Shown here one piece after another: positions 28,335 to 36,361 of a DNA stretch of 64,000 bases. The number at the start of each line of letters is the position of its first letter. The first letter of the stretch is position 1. Source of the stretch: an uncultured virus (IMG/VR IMGVR_UViG_3300010365_000310) (lineage: Duplodnaviria > Heunggongvirae > Uroviricota > Caudoviricetes); the IMG/VR virus record IMGVR_UViG_3300010365_000310. One strand, written 5' to 3'. A program made the position numbers and the translations under genes. Under the pieces are notes generated by a model. That model did not search any database, was not told where the DNA came from, and saw only the letters and a list, made by a program, of their open reading frames with translations.

Positions 28335-29673
28335 AGTTTCTTTTCACGTAGAAATACCATTATCGGATATAAATCCGGGTCATTTGGACCAGATTAAATC
28401 CCATTTGACTTTACAAGTCAGAGATTACATGACTGGTGAATATCAAAAGGTTGAATATTTCTACGTGGATGAAAATGCTAAAACAATAACGTTGCCGCAA
28501 TTCTATCCAATGGAAGTGGATGAAGTTGAATTTGTGGCAACGTCCGGACAACCGTTATCTTCAGGTTATTCAATCACTCCCGATTTCAAATATAAACCAG
28601 GTCAAGAGGATGATGTCAATAAATGCTTGATTAAAGATATCATCACTCTAATGAAACCACCCGGTTCTGGTAAAACTATCATAGGATCTTGCGCCATATT
28701 TAAACGTGGTGTAAGATCCTTGATCTTAGTTGACCAAAATAACTTATCGGAACAATGGTTGGATGCTTTGAAGTTAGTCTATAAAGATACAATCAAAGTA
28801 AGTAATAAGTTTGCTTTAGATGGTAAGGGAAAAGATCATGGTTATGATGTCTATGTCACCACCATTCAAGGTATAGTAGCCAAGATACGAAAGTATGGTA
28901 TTGCGTCAGTTCGAGAGTGGTATAAGAAGTATGATATAGGACATGTGCTTTTGGATGAGTGTCATGTCTTAGTGGGTCCAGAGAAGTTTTCACAATTTGG
29001 TCATATATGCAATTCAAAGTATGTATTGGCATTATCCGCTACACCAAAAGATAATGTTTATTTTCAATATTGGTTGGGTGTTGATGTTGAAGGTGATAAA
29101 GATTATGTAGTTAGCCCGACTATTGTTGAGATGAGTTTTAATGCAAAAATGAATTATAAAGAAAAGTATATCAACTGGGGTGGCAAATTTCACAAAGATC
29201 GTCATGCTAATATACTATTTAAGGATGAACACTATTTGGATTTAATCAGAGCTGTTGCATATAAGTCATTCATCAATAAACGTCAATTCTTAGCAATCTG
29301 TGATTTTAATAAGTTTGGTGTTGATGCAATATATGATCACATAATCAAACTCATACCCAAAGAGCAAGTGGCTAAATTTATCGGCGGACAAGATCGTATT
29401 GAATGTTCAAGCAAACCAATTATCATTAGTAATTATAAGATGTTGCAAAAGGGTGCTGACATTAAAACCTTGGATACATTATTGATGGCTAGTGAGATTG
29501 GAGACTTAACCGCTCTTGAGCAAACCGTTGGTAGATTATTACGTTTCTTGGAATCAATTACTAAAAAAGAATTATTAGTTTTTGATATACAAGAAACATC
29601 CCTGACTTGTAATCTATGGAGAAAAGATAAAAGATTTTCCTTTTACCGTGAGAAAAATTTTACGATAATATGA
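28324..29673 (+). CDS. Superfamily 2 helicase (UvsW-like)
   Basis: PPGSGKT, LLDECH, LSATP, GADI, QTVGRLLR. Confidence 0.88.
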   Translation: MKAKVSFHVEIPLSDINPGHLDQIKSHLTLQVRDYMTGEYQKVEYFYVDENAKTITLPQFYPMEVDEVEFVATSGQPLSSGYSITPDFKYKPGQEDDVNKCLIKDIITLMKPPGSGKTIIGSCAIFKRGVRSLILVDQNNLSEQWLDALKLVYKDTIKVSNKFALDGKGKDHGYDVYVTTIQGIVAKIRKYGIASVREWYKKYDIGHVLLDECHVLVGPEKFSQFGHICNSKYVLALSATPKDNVYFQYWLGVDVEGDKDYVVSPTIVEMSFNAKMNYKEKYINWGGKFHKDRHANILFKDEHYLDLIRAVAYKSFINKRQFLAICDFNKFGVDAIYDHIIKLIPKEQVAKFIGGQDRIECSSKPIIISNYKMLQKGADIKTLDTLLMASEIGDLTALEQTVGRLLRFLESITKKELLVFDIQETSLTCNLWRKDKRFSFYREKNFTII

Positions 29674-29865
29674 AACAATAGACTGAATAATAAAAATAAT
29701 CATTCAGAAAGAGGTTTCCATGATACCCATTGATATCCCGGAACAATACGTAGATATCACTATAGAAGAAAAAATAAATTCACTCAACCGTTACTATTCC
29801 AAAAATCCCGACTTTAAAGAATACGAACTTTGCTTATCATTTTTAGAAAAAGCTAGGAGCGTGAA

Positions 29866-30153
29866 ATGTCTTACGCATGGGTGATCATCAAAGAATTTGA
29901 TTTTGAAAATTCTGAGTTGTTTAAAGATGTTGAGATTATAGGACCAAGACACCCAAAATTTTCAAAAGACAAAATCATAAATGAAGGTTCAAAATTTCGA
30001 CTGTACGATGATGACGGTGTTCTTTATTATGAAGGACATATCTTTGGTGATGATACCGTTAATGGTTTTGAACCATTAGACGATTTTGGTATGCCTAATG
30101 ATGGTTGTACCACAATCAAGTATTTTGTAGATGGTATTTGGAAAACTTTATAA
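29866..30153 (+). CDS. Conserved-type small phage protein
   Basis: AGGAG RBS; FRLYDDDG..YYEG motif. Confidence 0.6.
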   Translation: MSYAWVIIKEFDFENSELFKDVEIIGPRHPKFSKDKIINEGSKFRLYDDDGVLYYEGHIFGDDTVNGFEPLDDFGMPNDGCTTIKYFVDGIWKTL

Positions 30154-30163
30154 GGGGAAACTC

Positions 30164-31483
30164 ATGCCGAAAAAACTAGTTCTCAAGAAGTTGACTGATT
30201 ATGATTCGAAGCCGGTTACCAGTGATAAAATCATTGATAAGAAACGGTTTCATGAAGCAGGACTTTATAGTCAAGCAATCTTTGGTCCAATTAAAGATTA
30301 TGTTTGCCAGTGTGGTAAATATGATCCATTCGGCGGGGAATGTGAAGTATGTAAAGTTGCTTATACCAAAAGCGAAGTTCGAGGCACTAAGTTCGGCCAT
30401 ATCTTATTGCCTAATGAAATCATTAATCCATTGTTCTTGTGGAATCTAAGCACAAGGATTAAAAAGAGCACCACTAAAATTGATTTGCCATCACTGATTT
30501 TCTATAAAAAGATTTTGATCTTTAAAGATGGTGAACCAAGAATGGTTTCGGTTGAAGATTTTGATACAGTGAAAGAAACTTATGACACTTACTGTGGTGT
30601 TGAAGCCGTAAAGAAAGTTATAGCTTTCATTGAAGAAAAACTCAAAGAAAATGAAAAGTTTAAAATTGAGCCATATATCAAAATGTCTTCTTGGAAACTT
30701 ATTAAAGAAGCTGGTGAACATCTTTTTATTGATAGAATACTGGTAGTCCCGCCAGATCTCAGACCAATACTCTTTACTGGTAACAAGATGGTTGTTCAGG
30801 AAACTCTGTCAAGATTGTATACAACTCTTTTGACTAAGTTGAATATCATGAACAATAAAACCAAATTTATCAAAGGTGTAAATACAACAACTTTTAAGAA
30901 TTACGCAGATATTCAATATATGTGCTCAGGCATTTATGAAGAAATTTTGGGTATCTTTGGTGGTAAGACTGGTATCATCAGAGGTAACATGCTTGGGAAG
31001 AGAATTGATTATTCCGGGCGAGCTGTTATTGCAGTGGATCCGAGCCTGAAATATAACGAATGTAGAATTCCGTATTATATACTTCTTGAAGTGTATAAAT
31101 ATTCTCTGGCAAGAGATATATCTAAGAAGCGTAATGTAATGATCTTTAAAGTTCTTGATGAGATTGAAGAGTCTTTAAAGTTCAGGGATTACAGGTTTCT
31201 TAAAGAAGTTGAAGAATTTGTCAAGAATAAGATGGTCATGCTCAACCGTCAGCCAACTCTTTATAAACTTGGGGTTCTTGGTTGGAATATTAAAGTTAGC
31301 ACGGATTTTACTATCAAATTGCACCCATTCGCCTGCCCCGCCTATAACGCCGATTTTGATGGCGATTCAGTTATTGGGGCAGTAGAACTGAATATCGAAG
31401 GCAAGAAGAAAGTATTTGAGATGGAAGATCTACTCAATGTTGAATTCAATGAAAAGAAAAACGACTGGGAGATTGTGAAATGA
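30164..31483 (+). CDS. rpoC: RNAP beta' paralog 2, N-terminal part, fused to a 38-aa split-intein N-fragment
   Basis: GLYSQAIFGP..DYVCQCGKY...CEVC zinc ribbon, VVPPDLRP, NMLGKRIDYSGRAVI, NRQPTL, YNADFDGD (31346-31366), then SVIGAV... Confidence 0.94.
   Translation: MPKKLVLKKLTDYDSKPVTSDKIIDKKRFHEAGLYSQAIFGPIKDYVCQCGKYDPFGGECEVCKVAYTKSEVRGTKFGHILLPNEIINPLFLWNLSTRIKKSTTKIDLPSLIFYKKILIFKDGEPRMVSVEDFDTVKETYDTYCGVEAVKKVIAFIEEKLKENEKFKIEPYIKMSSWKLIKEAGEHLFIDRILVVPPDLRPILFTGNKMVVQETLSRLYTTLLTKLNIMNNKTKFIKGVNTTTFKNYADIQYMCSGIYEEILGIFGGKTGIIRGNMLGKRIDYSGRAVIAVDPSLKYNECRIPYYILLEVYKYSLARDISKKRNVMIFKVLDEIEESLKFRDYRFLKEVEEFVKNKMVMLNRQPTLYKLGVLGWNIKVSTDFTIKLHPFACPAYNADFDGDSVIGAVELNIEGKKKVFEMEDLLNVEFNEKKNDWEIVK
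31367..31480 (+). mobile_element. Split intein 2, N-fragment (38 aa, Ser1)
   Basis: SVIGAVELNIEGKKKVFEMEDLL has the intein block A strand-strand-helix pattern. Confidence 0.85.
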
Positions 31484-32061
31484 TTAAAGAGTATATTCGA
31501 GAACTTGAAGATTACATTTTAGGATTCACTGATGGTGTTGTACCAAAAGAAATTCAAAGCATAAGCAATTTGAGTGAAAAGCAAATTCAAGATCTTTTTG
31601 ATATGAAGGAATTTATTCTTTCAAATAGAAATATATTTCAGCCGTTTTCTAAACTTGAATATTATGACACAATATTCTGTTTCGGGTTTAAATTGGTTAT
31701 TAACTCAAGATCCAAAATAGAAGAATATATTGCTGATAAAATGTTTAAAAGAAGAGAGATTGTCATGAAATTGGTTGATGATAAAGATCTTCTGGCAACT
31801 CTTTATGTCACAGTTCCTAAAAAACCTTTAGTCGAAACAATTTCAAAATCCGATTACATGGAATCTTTGTATGATATTGCTTGTGATCTTTGTGAAGTGC
31901 TTGGAGAAGATAAAATCAATCTTTTCACAAGTAGGCAAATTAAATATCTTGCGTCATTACTTGATTGCACCAAAGGTGATTTCGGGTATAAGATTTCATA
32001 TTCAGTTATGAATGATCTTTTTAAAGAACGATTCGAGGCAGAATTGAATGAGTTCAAATGA
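31480..32061 (+). CDS. Hypothetical protein inside the fractured beta' locus 2
   Basis: ATGA overlap with upstream gene; no motif recognised. Confidence 0.6.
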   Translation: MIKEYIRELEDYILGFTDGVVPKEIQSISNLSEKQIQDLFDMKEFILSNRNIFQPFSKLEYYDTIFCFGFKLVINSRSKIEEYIADKMFKRREIVMKLVDDKDLLATLYVTVPKKPLVETISKSDYMESLYDIACDLCEVLGEDKINLFTSRQIKYLASLLDCTKGDFGYKISYSVMNDLFKERFEAELNEFK

Positions 32062-32206
32062 TTTAAAACCCGGAGTCTATGAACTTTTCGGAAATACCGT
32101 TCATTATCTTGATGAAGAGGCCTATGATGTTGATGCTGGTCAAGAGGTTCCGGTAGATGTTCTTAAAGAATATGGCAAATTTGTAAAAGATTTTGATAAC
32201 TTTTGA
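32048..32206 (+). CDS. Small acidic protein (52 aa), not in ORF track
   Basis: MSSNDLKPGVYELFG...FDNF; fills the gap between neighbouring ORFs. Confidence 0.5.
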   Translation: MSSNDLKPGVYELFGNTVHYLDEEAYDVDAGQEVPVDVLKEYGKFVKDFDNF

Positions 32207-32216
32207 AAGGGAGTAA

Positions 32217-32711
32217 ATGGAACAATCAGATCTGCCCCAATTGTTAGTCCTATTGAATTGCCAGAATGATTTTGCTACCCCCGAATTTCCATACTATAAA
32301 AAGTTGTTATGTGATACCCATCGAAAAGATATTTTGAAATTATTGGAAACCGTTTTTTATGATGATGTTTTGGTATTGATCGACTTGCATAGTAAAGAAG
32401 AGTTTGAAAGAAAGCAAATTAAACATTGTATATTTAATAGTGAAGGTGCTATGATATTCACTCCATTGTTGCAATATCTTAGAAAGAATTTTAAAACCCG
32501 AGCTTTCATTAAAAATGAAACAAGACACCTGAGAAATAATAATCTACTCAAAACTCATTTATCTAATTTCAATCCCAGAGTTACTACCATTGATTATTGC
32601 GGGTTTGAACATTATAAGAATGAATTTGAAGATGTACATAATTATTTTGCTAACTTCGGTTATGCAACCGGTAAAAAAGTTATCATGAATGTATCTAATA
32701 AGGAGAACTGA
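32217..32711 (+). CDS. Divergent nicotinamidase/isochorismatase-family protein
   Basis: LLVLLNCQNDF, IDLH, HCIFNSEGA, FIK; catalytic Asp/Cys look altered. Confidence 0.6.
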   Translation: MEQSDLPQLLVLLNCQNDFATPEFPYYKKLLCDTHRKDILKLLETVFYDDVLVLIDLHSKEEFERKQIKHCIFNSEGAMIFTPLLQYLRKNFKTRAFIKNETRHLRNNNLLKTHLSNFNPRVTTIDYCGFEHYKNEFEDVHNYFANFGYATGKKVIMNVSNKEN

Positions 32712-32714
32712 GGT

Positions 32715-33182
32715 ATGGGAAAGAAGTTATTTGAATTCAGTCATAAAGATGGACATATATCTCATTATAAACCAACGGTGAATATTTTGATTGAAGCCAT
32801 TTCAGAAGATGGTAAAATCGAAATGAAACCAATAACAGATTTCTCAGTTCATGAAAACTTGGTTATGTATAAAGTGCACGATAGACTAAATCGTTTTAAA
32901 GATTTTTGGGCATCGGATGATCACAGCTTGTTAGCTATTGATCGCGGTAAAGTCTACAAGATATCGCCAAAAGAAATTCTTGAAAAACGAGACAAAGAAA
33001 TAATCAATATGATATATAAGAATCCACCATCTGATGCAAGCCATGTGTCGGAGTTGGGTATTATTTTTATCAATGCAAATGAACTTGATATCACTCTTGA
33101 TCCAAGTAAGACAACTGCATATGATTTCACCGTTGAAAATTACTTTACTTTCAGATTAGCAGATGGTCTGTTTGTACAGGAT
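32715..33182 (+). mobile_element. Split intein 2, C-fragment (156 aa)
   Basis: Block B WASDDHSLL, block F AYDFTVENYFTF, block G GLFVQD followed by Ser +1. Confidence 0.88.
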
Positions 33183-34691
33183 TCAATGGCTGCATACTTT
33201 ACCTTAACTGAGGAAGCTGAAGCTGAACTCCGTGATAAGGTGTCAATTGATAATAACCTTTTCATGGATTTCGATAAAAGGAACCTCACCCTTCAACCGG
33301 GACACGATATCGTATATGGTATATACTTACTATCCAAACGTAAACCAGAGGCGTTGCCTAAACCGTTACACGAATATATGGTAGCCCAAGGATGGGATTC
33401 AGTCAATAAGAAAAGGCTTAAAGAATTTCTTGTCTATCACATTGGTCTTGATAAACGCAATGCAAAAATCATTGATGAGATTACTCAGCTTGGTTTCACC
33501 ATTGCTACCAAATACAATCAAACACATCTGTCCATTGAAAACATTATTTCTAGTATCGTACCATTGGAAAAGAGACAGGCTCTTTATGATCGATACATGA
33601 AAAAAGAAATCAGTATGTTTGAATACATGGAAGAAGACGAGAAGATGACCGATGAACTCAAGAAGATCTGCGTCTTCACGGATTTGATTGAATCTGGATC
33701 AAGAGGTTCATGGCCTCAGGCTAAACAGATGTTTCAACAGAGAGGTTTCGTAAGTAACTCGGTTGGACAGGTTATGCCCACTCCGGTCATGAGAAACCTA
33801 GCTGAAGGTCTTGATTCAAGAGAATTATTCCTTTCGTGTTATGGTGTTAGAAAAGGTATTGCAGATATCTCCGACAACACCGCCGTATCTGGTACATTTA
33901 CTAGAGCTCTAATCTATCTTGGACTTGAGGCTAAACAGGGTGATCACAAGAAGCCATGCGATACGAAAAAGTATTTGAATCTCAATGTTGAAGATGAAAA
34001 GATGGCTAGCGCCTTGTTCGGTCGTTACATTTTCCTTGATGACGAATGCAAAGAAATGGTTCGAGTCACAAGAGAGAATTATAAAACATTCATTAATCAA
34101 AATGTTAGATTGAGATCTCCAATCTATTGTGTGAATCATGAATATTGCCACTATTGTTCACCATATAAAGAACTGAATGAAATCGAAAAAGGTAAGACCT
34201 ATAATGTAGGCATCAATGCTGCTGGTAGCTTAGGTGAACCAACCACCCAGATGGTTCTCAGAGTATTCCATACCTCCGGGGCTAGTGGTAAGATTTCAGA
34301 TAATCAAGATGGGAAACAGGGGGTTGTTCAGGATTTGAGAGGAACCATTGGGTTATTCTCTAAGCCTAACTTTACCTTTCAAACTCTCCCGAACTATCTT
34401 TATAAGATATACAAGACCTATAGTGAATACAAAGAAATTCCGATGCTCTATTTTGAAGTATTGCTTTCTTGTTTGATGTGGACCAAGTCAGATCCGAATC
34501 TTGAAGAAGTGGATGTCCTGTGGAGATTGAAGCAGGATAATACCTTGGAACTTGTTGGATATAATAAAGTTCCAAGTCTTTATGGATTCTTGCTTGGTTG
34601 CGCCTTTAAGAACTTCAAACGAAGATTGCTTTCCTCATTGAATAAGAATGTTGGTAATAGCATATTCGAGAAACTCATTCTGGGAGAATGA
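32715..34691 (+). CDS. rpoC: Split-intein C-fragment fused to RNAP beta' paralog 2 C-terminal part
   Basis: AGGAG RBS; extein starts SMAAYF; QPGHDIVYGIYLL, SGSRG, VRKG...TAVSG, RSPIYC, AAGSLGEPTTQMVLRVFH. Confidence 0.93.
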   Translation: MGKKLFEFSHKDGHISHYKPTVNILIEAISEDGKIEMKPITDFSVHENLVMYKVHDRLNRFKDFWASDDHSLLAIDRGKVYKISPKEILEKRDKEIINMIYKNPPSDASHVSELGIIFINANELDITLDPSKTTAYDFTVENYFTFRLADGLFVQDSMAAYFTLTEEAEAELRDKVSIDNNLFMDFDKRNLTLQPGHDIVYGIYLLSKRKPEALPKPLHEYMVAQGWDSVNKKRLKEFLVYHIGLDKRNAKIIDEITQLGFTIATKYNQTHLSIENIISSIVPLEKRQALYDRYMKKEISMFEYMEEDEKMTDELKKICVFTDLIESGSRGSWPQAKQMFQQRGFVSNSVGQVMPTPVMRNLAEGLDSRELFLSCYGVRKGIADISDNTAVSGTFTRALIYLGLEAKQGDHKKPCDTKKYLNLNVEDEKMASALFGRYIFLDDECKEMVRVTRENYKTFINQNVRLRSPIYCVNHEYCHYCSPYKELNEIEKGKTYNVGINAAGSLGEPTTQMVLRVFHTSGASGKISDNQDGKQGVVQDLRGTIGLFSKPNFTFQTLPNYLYKIYKTYSEYKEIPMLYFEVLLSCLMWTKSDPNLEEVDVLWRLKQDNTLELVGYNKVPSLYGFLLGCAFKNFKRRLLSSLNKNVGNSIFEKLILGE

Positions 34692-34692
34692 A

Positions 34693-36213
34693 ATGAAAAA
34701 GATAAACAATTATTTCAATTATGAACTCTGCCAAAAGATTTTCAATCTCAAACAGAATGAATCAGATACCATCTTTGATACCATTAATCAATTCATGGAG
34801 ATTTTTCATAAGATCTATTTTGAGAAAACTAAACGGCATATCTACCTTATCAGTAAAGAAATCAAATTTACCAAAGAGGTTGATCCATCATACTATTTGA
34901 GTTTGAAGTATGCAATCAGTTCGATACAGGATTTGATTATTGATTTGCCTTTGATTTATGATGGTGATTCCATTATGATCAATGGTAATAATTACAATCC
35001 GATTCTTCAGATGATCGATAAACCGTTGATTATCAAAAAGAAAAATAACTCCGCGGTATTGATGACTAACCTTGGTAACATTTACAGTACCGCTATTACC
35101 AATGAAAATCTTATTAGAATTTTCTTAAGCAGTAATAAGAAGTTCATGCCTCCGGCCATTGTATGGTTCCTTGGTTTCATAGGTGTTGAAGAATTTCAAA
35201 ATATGACTGGTGCTAAGCTGGTTATAAAGGAAGCTGATTATAGTATGCCTCTTTGTGAATACTTTGATCAGCAGAAGTTATTCTTTGATACAACCAATCT
35301 AACTGAAGAATACGATACTGAAAAATTTAGATGGCTGGTTAATCAGAATCCTTTCTTGTGTAATGAAATCAAGAAGTTTGATATGGCTCCGAAGCTTGCT
35401 GGATTTGTAGCTAAAGACCTTTTGAGCAATAAAGGTTGGGAAGCATTCATGGCTGCCTATGATGGAACTAGAACCCTAACCAAGATCTTTATTCATCAAA
35501 GACTCATGACCATGATTGACATCTTTAGTGCAAAGTTTATGAAACATACGGATGTAGTTAAAGAAATGCTTCGAGCTTTCTCCAAAGACGTTGAACCTAT
35601 GGATCTCAAAGATCTAACTATGAAAAGATTTAGATGCTATGAAATGTTCTTATTAACTTTCATGAAGCATATTTATAACATTGGTATGAACTGTATGTAT
35701 AATAAGATTACCAGTGTTAGTAAAGAAAAAAGACTCAGAATTTATGACAATGCTTTGAATAATAATCTTACGTCTTATGATGGTGTTAGAAATAATTCCA
35801 TCATGAGATTATCAGAAAAGACCAGGTTGTCTCAAACTGGTGACAACGGTTACACATCTGATATGTTTGTGGGTGCTGCCAGAGACTTACATGAATCTCA
35901 GTATGGAACCATCTGTCCGATCAATACCCCAGACCGTGAAAAATGTGGCGTTACATTGTATCTGGCACCATCGAATGTATCTAAATTTGAAGATATGTAT
36001 TATTGGCCGTCATCTAATGACAATATTGATTTGAGATTGCCTCTTAAAAATGCTAAAGAGTTTGAAGAATTTATGAAACAGGAAGAAGCTCGATTAGCAC
36101 AAGAGCGAGAAGACAAGAAAAAATCCGAAGAAGATAATATGGAAAAGATTATCGCTAAGTTAGCCGAAGAAGAATTAGAAGGAGCTACCAATGAAAGCAA
36201 TGATCAAATATAA
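34693..36213 (+). CDS. rpoB: RNAP beta subunit, N-terminal half
   Basis: DLP...INGN..PI.Q, DL..KRFR, RDLHESQYGTICPINTPDREKCG. Confidence 0.85.
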   Translation: MKKINNYFNYELCQKIFNLKQNESDTIFDTINQFMEIFHKIYFEKTKRHIYLISKEIKFTKEVDPSYYLSLKYAISSIQDLIIDLPLIYDGDSIMINGNNYNPILQMIDKPLIIKKKNNSAVLMTNLGNIYSTAITNENLIRIFLSSNKKFMPPAIVWFLGFIGVEEFQNMTGAKLVIKEADYSMPLCEYFDQQKLFFDTTNLTEEYDTEKFRWLVNQNPFLCNEIKKFDMAPKLAGFVAKDLLSNKGWEAFMAAYDGTRTLTKIFIHQRLMTMIDIFSAKFMKHTDVVKEMLRAFSKDVEPMDLKDLTMKRFRCYEMFLLTFMKHIYNIGMNCMYNKITSVSKEKRLRIYDNALNNNLTSYDGVRNNSIMRLSEKTRLSQTGDNGYTSDMFVGAARDLHESQYGTICPINTPDREKCGVTLYLAPSNVSKFEDMYYWPSSNDNIDLRLPLKNAKEFEEFMKQEEARLAQEREDKKKSEEDNMEKIIAKLAEEELEGATNESNDQI

Positions 36214-36361
36214 TACCATCTTTAGAAATGAAGAAGGTATTGTTAAAGGTATCTTGAAGAAAGGTGATGTTATTGACGTCCATTTTAATGATGTCATCAA
36301 AGCATACCATAATGACAAGTATGGTTACTTCATGGATGTTGAACTCGAGGTCTTACCATGA
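36191..36361 (+). CDS. Small hypothetical protein (56 aa), not in ORF track
   Basis: AGGAG before ATG 36191; ATGA overlap with next gene. Confidence 0.55.
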   Translation: MKAMIKYNTIFRNEEGIVKGILKKGDVIDVHFNDVIKAYHNDKYGYFMDVELEVLP

